34,536 nt of DNA from an uncultured Clostridia bacterium (GCA_947589335.1 CANPZH010000001.1:1-34536); one strand, 5' to 3'. Numbered from the stretch's first letter, positions 24,573 to 31,931 are shown. Notes: generated by a model from the letters alone, not told the origin. Program-made: numbers and translations.

Positions 24573-24688
24573 AATTCCTCGAGATCCTGAAAAAAGCGTT
24601 TACGCAAAATGTCCCCCTCAAACTGGCGGCGATCGGGCTCGCGTTCGTGCTCGTCGTGATCATCAACGCACTATGCGGAGCTGTATAA
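24569..24688 (+). pseudogene. 39-codon remnant resembling the N-terminal TM anchor of CdaR/YbbR
   Basis: An ATGA overlap couples it to cdaA, exactly where cdaR normally starts. The product is MKFLEILKKAFTQNVPLKLAAIGLAFVLVVIINALCGAV, followed by a stop. No YbbR-repeat coding follows in any frame. Confidence 0.45.
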
Positions 24689-25575
24689 GGATCCCGAGGC
24701 TGTTCCTCCCGCAGGGCGATCTGCGGAAGTGGACGGTCCTCCCGCCCGACTGTCTGACACGGCAGGACGCGGAGCAGCTCGCGAGGCGGAACGGCGATGC
24801 GCCCTCCGCTTTTTCGCTCGTCTTGCCCGACGTCCTTGCGGGAGACGATACGGAGCGGCGGCTCGCCGCCCTTCTCGAAGCCGGCTACCGTGCGCTTGAG
24901 GAGGGGGATCTCAAGCGGCTCGACCGCGGGTTCGTGCTCACAGAGCGAACGACGGACCGCGGCGTCCGCCGCGGGATCCTCGCCTGCGTCGACCTCGAGG
25001 AGTTCTCCGCCGAGGGGGGAAAGGAGTACGGCGTGCGCGCGCTGAAGGAGACCGATAGGGCGCTCGTCTCTGCGAGGCTCTCCGCGCGCGGGAGCTCGCT
25101 GCTCGAATTTTCGCATGCAGTGATCTGCTTCCGCGACAAGAAGGATAAGCTCTTCCGCTCTTTGGAGGACGAGGAGCCCGAAAAACTGTACGATTTCGAA
25201 TTGCCGTCTGGCGGACGTCTTGCGGGGTATTTTCTCCCGGAGTTCATCGCGGCGGATGTGGCGCACGACCTCATGTCCAAGGCGGATCCCTGCTTCGGAG
25301 TGCTCGACGGAACGCACTTTCTGGCGGCGGCAAAGGCGCACTGGGAGAAGATCCGCGGCGGGCTGACGCTGCAGGAGGCGCGTAGCCATCCCGCGCGCTT
25401 TGCGCTCGCGGAGTTCGTCAACCTGCTCGACGACAGCGTGGCGTTTTCGGACAGCGCGCCCGAAAAGAGCGAACTTCTTTCGGCGCTCAAGGCGGGCAGG
25501 CGGTATCCCGCAAAGTCCTTTGCGCTTGCCGATCCGCGCTGTCTGCTGGAGGGAAGAGAGATCAGCTATGATTAA
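24673..25575 (+). CDS. DUF1015-like protein (short form)
   Basis: The N-terminal IPRLFLPQGDLRKWTVLPPD, the central VLDGTHFLAAAKAHW (compare ADGHHR) and the C-terminal YPAKSFALADPR (compare P-KST-F-PK) resemble DUF1015 landmarks. The protein is shorter and more divergent than usual. Confidence 0.5.
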   Translation: MRSCIRIPRLFLPQGDLRKWTVLPPDCLTRQDAEQLARRNGDAPSAFSLVLPDVLAGDDTERRLAALLEAGYRALEEGDLKRLDRGFVLTERTTDRGVRRGILACVDLEEFSAEGGKEYGVRALKETDRALVSARLSARGSSLLEFSHAVICFRDKKDKLFRSLEDEEPEKLYDFELPSGGRLAGYFLPEFIAADVAHDLMSKADPCFGVLDGTHFLAAAKAHWEKIRGGLTLQEARSHPARFALAEFVNLLDDSVAFSDSAPEKSELLSALKAGRRYPAKSFALADPRCLLEGREISYD

Positions 25576-26884
25576 AGTATGCAAATTCGGCGGCACGTCC
25601 ATGGCGGACGGCATGACGATGAAGCGGGTCGCGGAGATTATCTCGGGCGATCCCTCGCGGCGGTATGTCGTCGTCTCCGCGCCGGGAAAGCGGTACGGCG
25701 GCGACGCCAAAGTGACCGATCTACTGTATGAGACCCACGCCTGTCTCCTCCGCACGGGGGAGTGCGGCGCGCCCTTTGCGAAGGTGAAGGAGCGGTTCCG
25801 CAGCATCGTGCGCGAGCTCGGGATCCCGTTCGGGATCGAACAGCTCCTGCGCGAGACGGAGGAGGAGATCGTAAGGGAGCGCTCGGAGGCGTTCACCGTC
25901 TCCCGCGGGGAATTCCTCGCGGGCAGGGTGATGGCGGCGCTGCTCGGCTTCCCCTTTGTGGACGCCCGCGACGTCGTGCGCTTCGGCGAGGGCGGAAGGC
26001 CCGAGAGCGAGAAGACCTATGCGCTCACGGCGGCGGCGCTCAAGGGCAAGCCGCATGCCGTCATTCCGGGATTCTACGGCGCGGACGGCGAGGGGAAGAC
26101 GGTCGTCTTTTCCCGCGGCGGGAGCGACGTCTCGGGGGCGATCGTCGCGCGCGCGGTGCACGCCGATCTGTATGAGAACTGGACGGACGTCAGCGGCTTC
26201 CTCGCCTGCGACCCCCGCATCGTAGACGATCCCGAGCGGATCGCCTCCCTCTCCTATAAAGAACTGCGCGAGCTCTCCTATATGGGCGCGAACGTCTTGC
26301 ACAGCGAATCCATCTTCCCCGTGCGGGAGGCGGATATCCCGATCAGGATCAAGAACACCTTCCGTCCGTCGGACGAGGGCACGGAGATCGTCCCCACGAG
26401 CAAATACCGCTTCGGCGGACGCCCGGTCACGGGGGTCGTCGGGAAGAAGAATTTCGCCGTCCTCCTCATCGAGAAATCGCTCATGAACAGCGAGATCGGC
26501 TTTGCCCGCAAGATCCTGAGCGTCCTCGAGGGGCACGGCGTCTCGTTCGAACACATGCCCTCGGGGATCGACACGATCTCCTTCGTCATCGACGAAGAGC
26601 AGCTGCGGGACGGACTTCTGAAGAGACTCCAAGGGGAGATCGAAGAAGCGGTGCATCCCGACGCGGTGCGCGTCTTCGAGGACATCGCGCTCATCGCCGT
26701 CGTGGGGCACGGCATGAGCCGCAGCGTCGGTATCTCCGCAAGGCTCTTCCGCGCGATCGCGGGGATCGGCGTGAACGTGCGCATGATCGACCAGGGTTCG
26801 TCCGAGCTGAACATCATCGTCGGCGTCGAGAACAAGGACTACGAGCGCACGCTCCGCGCCGTCTATGAGGAATTTTTCAAATAA
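25568..26884 (+). CDS. Aspartate kinase
   Basis: MIKVCKFGGTSMADG, VVSAPG, FSRGGSDVSGA and C-terminal ACT-like repeats (IALIAVVGHGM, NVRMIDQGSSELNIIVGV). The gene overlaps the upstream gene by 8 nt. Confidence 0.9.
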   Translation: MIKVCKFGGTSMADGMTMKRVAEIISGDPSRRYVVVSAPGKRYGGDAKVTDLLYETHACLLRTGECGAPFAKVKERFRSIVRELGIPFGIEQLLRETEEEIVRERSEAFTVSRGEFLAGRVMAALLGFPFVDARDVVRFGEGGRPESEKTYALTAAALKGKPHAVIPGFYGADGEGKTVVFSRGGSDVSGAIVARAVHADLYENWTDVSGFLACDPRIVDDPERIASLSYKELRELSYMGANVLHSESIFPVREADIPIRIKNTFRPSDEGTEIVPTSKYRFGGRPVTGVVGKKNFAVLLIEKSLMNSEIGFARKILSVLEGHGVSFEHMPSGIDTISFVIDEEQLRDGLLKRLQGEIEEAVHPDAVRVFEDIALIAVVGHGMSRSVGISARLFRAIAGIGVNVRMIDQGSSELNIIVGVENKDYERTLRAVYEEFFK

Positions 26885-26890
26885 AAAAGA

Positions 26891-26920
26891 GCCGCCCGTC
26901 CGCAACAGCGGACGGGCGGC
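26891..26920. terminator. Bidirectional rho-independent terminator between convergent genes
   Basis: GCCGCCCGTCCGC pairs with GCGGACGGGCGGC. The stem is flanked by an A run on the left and GGTTTCTT on the right. Confidence 0.85.
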
Positions 26921-26932
26921 GGTTTCTTCCGT

Positions 26933-27337
26933 TCAGATCCCCCGGGCGAGTTCGTCGAGGGTGTATTTTTTGAGCAGATCGTCCACGGCGCCGTCGAGCG
27001 CCCGCCACATCGGGAGGGTGGGGCAGCGCTCCGCGCGCGGACATTCGGCGTTCGCGCCCGTGCATGCGGCCGCGGCGAAGGAGCTCTCCGTCACGCGCAG
27101 CACGTCCGCCGCCGTGCAGACCTTCGGGTCGCCCGTCAGCCGGTATCCGCCGTTCTTGCCCCGCGTGCTCTCCACGAGCCCCGCCTTGGCGAGTTCGGTC
27201 ATGATGCCCTCCAAAAACTTATGGGGGATCTCCTCCCCGAGCGCAAGCTCTTTGAGGGGCACGGGTTCCCGTCCCCCCTTGGCGGCGAGGGCGATCATCA
27301 CGCGGAGGGCGTATCTTCCCTTTGCCGAGACGATCAT
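26933..27337 (-). CDS. Rrf2 family transcriptional regulator (IscR/CymR-like)
   Basis: MIVSAKGRYALRVMIALA...IPHKFLEGIMTELAKAGLVESTRGKNGGYRL, plus a Cys-containing C-terminal half (CTGANAECP...RC). Confidence 0.85.
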   Translation of the reverse strand: MIVSAKGRYALRVMIALAAKGGREPVPLKELALGEEIPHKFLEGIMTELAKAGLVESTRGKNGGYRLTGDPKVCTAADVLRVTESSFAAAACTGANAECPRAERCPTLPMWRALDGAVDDLLKKYTLDELARGI

Positions 27338-27771
27338 TCGGGGCGGTCCTCGCAGTGTGCGCAGGAGGTCTCGCGGAAGAGGGATTCGTCATAGGCGATC
27401 CCGTTCTTCTCGTAATAGTCCTTGATGGCGGCCTTGATCGCCTCTTCGGCGAGCACGGAGCAGTGCATCTTGTAGGCGGGGAGCCCGTCGAGCGCCTCCG
27501 CGACAGCCTTGTTGGTGAGCGTGAGCGCGTCCTTCAGGGGCTTGCCCTTGATGAGCTCGGTCGCCATTGAGCTCGAAGCGATCGCGCTGCCGCAGCCGAA
27601 CGTCTCGAACTTGACGTCGGCGATGATGTCGTTTTCGATTTTGAGATAGATCTTCATGATGTCGCCGCACTTGGCGTTGCCGACCTCGCCCACGCCGTCT
27701 GCATTCTCAATGACGCCCACGTTGCGGGGGTTGCGGAAATGATCCATCACTTTTTCACTGTATAAAGACAT
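27334..27771 (-). CDS. nifU: Fe-S cluster assembly scaffold (NifU N-terminal / IscU type)
   Basis: HFRNPRNVG, GNAKCGDIM, FGCGSAIASSS and HCSVLAEEA, which are the three conserved cluster-ligand cysteine motifs. Confidence 0.9.
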   Translation of the reverse strand: MSLYSEKVMDHFRNPRNVGVIENADGVGEVGNAKCGDIMKIYLKIENDIIADVKFETFGCGSAIASSSMATELIKGKPLKDALTLTNKAVAEALDGLPAYKMHCSVLAEEAIKAAIKDYYEKNGIAYDESLFRETSCAHCEDRPE

Positions 27772-27786
27772 ACTTTCGTCTCCTTT

Positions 27787-28974
27787 TCAAAGAATATATT
27801 GTCTCTTTCCTTCCTTCAGATCCCTCCAGACGGGGGACATGTTGCGCAGATATTCCACGACCTTCGGCACTTCCTCCGAGAGATAGCGGATCTCCTCCTC
27901 TGTCGTATCTTCGCCGAGGGTCAGGCGGAGAGACCCGTGCGCGACGTCGTGCACTCTGCCGATGGCGAGCAGGACGTGCGAAGGGTCGAGCGAGCCCGAA
28001 GTGCATGCCGATCCCGAGGAGGCGCAGATCCCCTTTTCGTCGAGCAGGAGGAGGAGCGATTCCCCCTCGATCCCCTCGAAGCAGAAACTCACGTTCCCGC
28101 ACAGGCGCTTTACGGGGTCGCCGTTGAGGGCGCAGTGGGGGATCCTTTTCAGGTTCGCGATCAGCTCGTCGCGGAGGGCGGAGACCCGCTCCATGTAGGC
28201 GGGGAGATCGCTTACGGCCTCGCGCAGCGCCGCCGTCATCGCGGCGATCGCGGGCAGATTCTCCGTTCCCGCGCGCTTGCCGCGCTCCTGCGCACCCCCC
28301 TCGATGAGGTTGTAGATCGGCGCGCCCGTTCTCACATAGAGCGCGCCCACGCCGCGCGGACCCCCGAACTTATGCGCCGAGAGCGCCAGATAGTCGCAGT
28401 TCAGCTTTTTGACGTCCACGGGGAGATGTCCCACCGCCTGCACGGCGTCCGTGTGGAAGGGGACCCCTCTCCCGCGGCAGATCGCGCCGATCTCTTCGAC
28501 GGGCTGAATGGTCCCGATCTCGTTGTTTGCGAGCATGACGGAGACGAGACAGCAGTTTTCGTCGATCTCCCGCTCCGCGTCCTCCGTGCGGACGATCCCG
28601 TCCGTTCCCACGGGGAGAAGGACGACGTTGAAGCCCTCGCCCTCGAGCTTTTTGAGGGTGTGCAGAACGGCATGATGTTCGATCGCCGTCGAGACGATCT
28701 TTTTCTTGCCCTTCCTTGCGCCCGCGCGGGCGGCGCTGAGGATCGCCTGGTTGTCCGATTCGCTCCCGCCCGAGGTGAACAGGATCTCGCGCGGGGTGCA
28801 GCCGAGAACGGCCGCCACCTCTTCGCGGCAGCGCGTGAGCTCCTCCTGCGCCCGCTGGCCCGCGGTGTGCAGAGAGGAGGGATTCCCGAAAAACGTCTCC
28901 GCCGTCTTCACATACGCTTCGAGCGCGGAAGGACGCATCTTTGTCGTCGCCGCATTGTCGGCATATACAAACAT
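27787..28974 (-). CDS. nifS: Cysteine desulfurase NifS (paralog 2)
   Basis: ADNAATTKM, FGNPSSLHTAG, FTSGGSESDN, the PLP lysine in LSAHKFGGPRGVGAL and the catalytic loop SSGSACTSGS. Confidence 0.9.
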   Translation of the reverse strand: MFVYADNAATTKMRPSALEAYVKTAETFFGNPSSLHTAGQRAQEELTRCREEVAAVLGCTPREILFTSGGSESDNQAILSAARAGARKGKKKIVSTAIEHHAVLHTLKKLEGEGFNVVLLPVGTDGIVRTEDAEREIDENCCLVSVMLANNEIGTIQPVEEIGAICRGRGVPFHTDAVQAVGHLPVDVKKLNCDYLALSAHKFGGPRGVGALYVRTGAPIYNLIEGGAQERGKRAGTENLPAIAAMTAALREAVSDLPAYMERVSALRDELIANLKRIPHCALNGDPVKRLCGNVSFCFEGIEGESLLLLLDEKGICASSGSACTSGSLDPSHVLLAIGRVHDVAHGSLRLTLGEDTTEEEIRYLSEEVPKVVEYLRNMSPVWRDLKEGKRQYIL

Positions 28975-29009
28975 TGCAAAACTCCTTTATTCCCACCAAA
29001 TTCGTAGGG

Positions 29010-29038
29010 ATTATAACATGCTTTCGTGCGCCTGTCAA
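29010..29038 (-). promoter_or_regulatory. Consensus sigma-A promoter for nifS-nifU-rrf2: TTGACA, 17 nt spacer, TGtTATAAT
   Basis: On the minus strand, TTGACA lies at 29038-29033 and TATAAT at 29015-29010, with a TG extension. An AAAGGAG RBS precedes the ATG at 28974. Confidence 0.7.
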
Positions 29039-29104
29039 GTATTTCCGATAAAAAGAATTTGCAGATCGCGCGATTTTATCGGCGGGCGATGTTTTTGATA
29101 CGGA

Positions 29105-29133
29105 TTGACTATTCGCGGAGATTGCGCTATAAT
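29105..29133 (+). promoter_or_regulatory. Sigma-A promoter: TTGACT, 17 nt spacer, TATAAT (divergent from the nifS promoter)
   Basis: -35 at 29105-29110, -10 at 29128-29133 and a GAGGAGG RBS at 29146-29152. Confidence 0.7.
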
Positions 29134-29161
29134 ATCATCGGTTTTGAGGAGGGGAATGAGC

Positions 29162-30460
29162 ATGGAAGATCTTCGGAAGAGAACACGGGGCGGCGCGGGA
29201 AGGGCGGCCATATGGCGCATTCTTGTCATTGCGCTCATCACCGCAGTGTGCACGGCTGCGATCGTGCTGGCCGCCGCGTTCGGGTACAATCCCGCGAAAG
29301 AGACCTATTCGCTGTCCTTTCATATCGCCTATCCGGGCAGCGAGACGATGAAATATCCCGACGGCACGCCCTTTTTCTATCGGGACGTCATCTCATTGGC
29401 GTCGCTGCGGCAGGCGAGGGAGTCGGGCGAGTGGACGGCGGCAGTCGACGTCGAAACGCTCTCCCGGCGGGGCGACATCTCGATCGCCGCGGAGAGGGAG
29501 GAACTCGCCGGCGGGACGGACCAAGTTCTGTACACCGTCACGGTCAAGAGCTCCTATTTCCGCAGCCGTGCGGCGGCGACGGCGTTTTTGCAGGCAGTCG
29601 CGAACGTCCCGGTCGCGGCGGTGCGCGCCATGGCGGAGGAGACCGATTTCCGCCTCGGCGAAGCGCTCTTCGAAGGGGCGGGATTCGGCGATCGGATCGG
29701 TCTGCTCGCCGGACAGAGAGAAAATATCCTCGGGCAGTACGATGAATGGATCGAACGCTACGGGGGAGACCGCTCCGTGGCGGGAAACACCCTGCGGAAT
29801 CTGCGCGCACAGGCAGCATTGCTCTTCGACGCCGATACGCAGAGCGCCCTGAAGGGGGAGCTCGGGACGAACGGCTACGCCTCGGCGGCGAGCGTGAGCG
29901 AGCGGATCATCGCCCTCGAGACGGAACAGAGAATGAACGAGGAGAAGATCGACGCCCTTCTCGGACTGCTGCAGCGGGCAGACGGCGCGCTCACGGCGGA
30001 GAGCGGCTCTTCGGAAGATACCTCGGCAATGCTCGCGTCGCTCGCCGTGAGGAATGTGGAGATCCGCAGCGAGCTCGAAGCGCTGCAGGCGGACGACTAC
30101 GCGGCGGCGGTGAGCCGCTTCGAAGAGAAGCTCCGCGCGGAATATGCCGCTTTGGACGGCGCTGCCACGACCGTGCGGGAGGTCGCCTCCGCGCTGTACG
30201 AACAGACGTCGCGCGTGAGCTATGCGACGGCCGAAGCCGAATGTGCGGGCGGGATGGATCTCGTCTGCGTCGGCATCGGCGGATGTCTGCTGTCCTTTGC
30301 GGCCGCATGCGCCATCGTCTGCTGCGCCGTGTTCTTGAAGAGGCGGAAGCCCTCGCCGGCGGCCGGGCACGCGGAGATCCCCGCACAAGGCGAACAGCCG
30401 CAGCCGGAGACCGGGGAAACGGAGCCGCCCGCCGCGGAGGAGCCCGCTCCGGCGGAATAA
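29162..30460 (+). CDS. Bitopic membrane protein with polysaccharide co-polymerase (Wzz/PCP)-like topology; hypothetical
   Basis: An N-terminal TM helix (IWRILVIALITAVCTAAIVLAAAF), a helical ectodomain of about 350 aa, a C-terminal TM helix (LVCVGIGGCLLSFAAACAIVCCAVFL) and a Pro/Glu-rich tail. No neighbouring glycan genes. Alternative starts lie at 29156 and 29105. Confidence 0.5.
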   Translation: MEDLRKRTRGGAGRAAIWRILVIALITAVCTAAIVLAAAFGYNPAKETYSLSFHIAYPGSETMKYPDGTPFFYRDVISLASLRQARESGEWTAAVDVETLSRRGDISIAAEREELAGGTDQVLYTVTVKSSYFRSRAAATAFLQAVANVPVAAVRAMAEETDFRLGEALFEGAGFGDRIGLLAGQRENILGQYDEWIERYGGDRSVAGNTLRNLRAQAALLFDADTQSALKGELGTNGYASAASVSERIIALETEQRMNEEKIDALLGLLQRADGALTAESGSSEDTSAMLASLAVRNVEIRSELEALQADDYAAAVSRFEEKLRAEYAALDGAATTVREVASALYEQTSRVSYATAEAECAGGMDLVCVGIGGCLLSFAAACAIVCCAVFLKRRKPSPAAGHAEIPAQGEQPQPETGETEPPAAEEPAPAE

Positions 30461-30514
30461 ACATAAATTCCCCGAACAACACGGGTTCTCACCCCGTCGG
30501 CAGAGTAAATTCAA

Positions 30515-30546
30515 AGCTCCCGAACAACAGAAGTTGTTCGGGAGCT
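30515..30546 (+). terminator. Stem-loop terminator (14-bp stem)
   Basis: AGCTCCCGAACAAC pairs with GTTGTTCGGGAGCT and is followed by TTGGTG. The 3' side overlaps the left direct repeat of the island. Confidence 0.7.
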
Positions 30547-30712
30547 TTGGTGTACCACGAAAAACCTTAGTCGAACTGTTTTCGGCTGGGGGTTTTGCTT
30601 TCTTTCGAAGTTTGTAGAAGCGGCGGTTTATGCCGCAAAAGCCGCATTGGTTTAATAATTTTAGTCATATATCCGCCAAAGTGTCGTTTTTGATATACTG
30701 ACGGTTTTTTTC

Positions 30713-30741
30713 TTGCAAAAATATTACGTCCATGTTATAAT
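30713..30741 (+). promoter_or_regulatory. Sigma-A promoter inside the islet: TTGCAA, 17 nt spacer, TGtTATAAT
   Basis: -35 at 30713-30718, an extended -10 at 30733-30741 and a GGAGG RBS at 30761-30765. Confidence 0.7.
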
Positions 30742-30773
30742 TTATTAGTAACTAATGAAGGGAGGTGAACTCT

Positions 30774-31736
30774 ATGGCTGAAGAATTCGTCTGCCCCATT
30801 TGCGGCGAACCTACGAGTTCTTATATGGGCAAGTATAGAAAAGATAGATTGTGCAGGAAGCATGCAAATGATTTGAAAAATGGTTTGATTAAGATTACAG
30901 ATATCAATAGAAATGTAGTCGATAATAGAGAGGCTACCGCCGTTCACGGGGAAACTGACATCGCCGCTCAAAGTTTTTGTGTCGTGTGTGGAATGAGGAC
31001 AAAAAACGGCTACAAACAATGTGCGGATTGCTATCAAGAAACAAAAGAGTATATGGGAGGCTTGGATAGGAATTCTACAATATCTGAGTTTAGGCAATAT
31101 TACTTTAATTTGAAAGATTATATTTTCAGAATGAAAGATTTTGAGCGCGTCAAAACGAATTGCAATAAATTGATTGCTATCGCCATAGCTGACAATAGCT
31201 CAAACGACGACAATGCTTTGTTGGAAAGAGTGTATAGAGACGTACAAGATTTAATAGAAAAAAAGCAAAAACATGACATCGAAAATGCACCCAAAGAGCG
31301 GGATACATTGCGCGACGATAAAAATAAAGAAAGGGAAGTGCATTTCTTTTATTCAACTGACGGTCATGCATTGGATAGCGATATGGAAGTCAAAATTGAC
31401 GATATCCTTTATGCATCGGAGATTTTCCATTGTTGCCATAAACCGGTAATCGATATAACCGAGAAATCGGTGAGGAGTGATTGGTTTATTCCAATCGACA
31501 GCATAAACAAAGGAATTTATATCGAATACAATGGTATGGATACACCGAAGTATAAGAAAAATAAAGAAGAAAATATTACTTTATATCGACAGCATAAACT
31601 CCCGTTAATTATTATTGAAAAAGACGAACCGAAAAACGATACTCAGACGTTCACAGCTAATTTGATTAAAGAAATTCAAAAGTTAGCCAAGGAATATTTT
31701 GGCGGTATGCCGAAATGGGAGAAGGAAAAGAGTTAA
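30774..31736 (+). CDS. Orphan protein with two zinc ribbons and a C-terminal PD-(D/E)xK / Vsr-DUF559-like nuclease-fold domain (putative)
   Basis: The ATG lies 8 nt after GGAGG and codon usage is AT-rich. Zinc motifs are CPICG-x17-CRKH and CVVCG-x8-CADC. The C-terminal pattern is SDMEVKIDDIL ... RSDWFIP ... GIYIEYNG ... YRQHKLPLIIIE, matching the helix-E / D / ExxG / basic-strand order of Vsr-like endonuclease folds. The fold call rests on motif resemblance only. Confidence 0.7.
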   Translation: MAEEFVCPICGEPTSSYMGKYRKDRLCRKHANDLKNGLIKITDINRNVVDNREATAVHGETDIAAQSFCVVCGMRTKNGYKQCADCYQETKEYMGGLDRNSTISEFRQYYFNLKDYIFRMKDFERVKTNCNKLIAIAIADNSSNDDNALLERVYRDVQDLIEKKQKHDIENAPKERDTLRDDKNKEREVHFFYSTDGHALDSDMEVKIDDILYASEIFHCCHKPVIDITEKSVRSDWFIPIDSINKGIYIEYNGMDTPKYKKNKEENITLYRQHKLPLIIIEKDEPKNDTQTFTANLIKEIQKLAKEYFGGMPKWEKEKS

Positions 31737-31782
31737 TGTACATAAAATAGCGGGGCAGGGGCGGAAAGGTCTGCTCCCGTTC

Positions 31783-31805
31783 TCTTTGGTGTACCCGCCG
31801 GGGTT
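31783..31805 (-). repeat. Displaced copy of the tRNA-Arg 3' end (19 nt of tRNA plus 4 nt of flank)
   Basis: Identical to 31928-31950. On the minus strand it reads AACCCCGGCGGGTACACCAAAGA, and the identity starts inside the T-loop. Confidence 0.85.
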
Positions 31806-31897
31806 ACTTCGCGCTTCGCGCTCGTGCGCCGCTTAGCAATAGGATAGAACGCGCGTCGGGCGAACCCAACGGGTTCTCACCCTCGACGAATACAAAG

Positions 31898-31928
31898 ATA
31901 ACGCAAGCCAAGGTTCGGCTTGCGTTAT
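31898..31928 (-). terminator. 12-bp perfect stem-loop immediately downstream of the tRNA
   Basis: ATAACGCAAGCC pairs with GGCTTGCGTTAT. On the minus strand it is followed by CTTTGTATT. Confidence 0.65.
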
Positions 31929-31931
31929 CTT

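Larger units (their letters stand above)
30545..31805. mobile_element. AT-rich insertion of about 1.25 kb bounded by direct repeats of the tRNA-Arg 3' end (integrase-less islet or remnant)
   Basis: CTTTGGTGTACC occurs at 30545-30556 and again at 31784-31795. The right copy shares 23 nt (31783-31805) with the intact tRNA end at 31928-31950. G+C falls from about two-thirds to about one-third between the repeats (by eye). Confidence 0.6.

Noticed and set aside
25400-25567. Riboswitch or leader elements (L-box upstream of aspartate kinase, T-box upstream of mnmA, c-di-AMP riboswitch near cdaA).
   Set aside because: Aspartate kinase overlaps the upstream gene, so there is no leader. The mnmA and cdaA leaders are under 60 nt and lack the conserved cores of these elements.
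30567-30668. 33-codon minus-strand ORF (MTKIIKPMRLLRHKPPLLQTSKESKTPSRKQFD) at the left edge of the AT-rich islet, considered as a small antitoxin or regulator divergent from the zinc-ribbon gene.
   Set aside because: It has only a weak GGCGGA RBS-like sequence and no recognisable promoter or motif. In AT-rich DNA an ORF of this length is expected by chance, so it is not reportable as a gene without expression data.
30735-31097. 120-aa ORF antisense to the islet gene.
   Set aside because: It has no RBS, it overlaps the promoter and 5' end of the better-supported + strand gene, and its sequence is hydrophobic and low-information.
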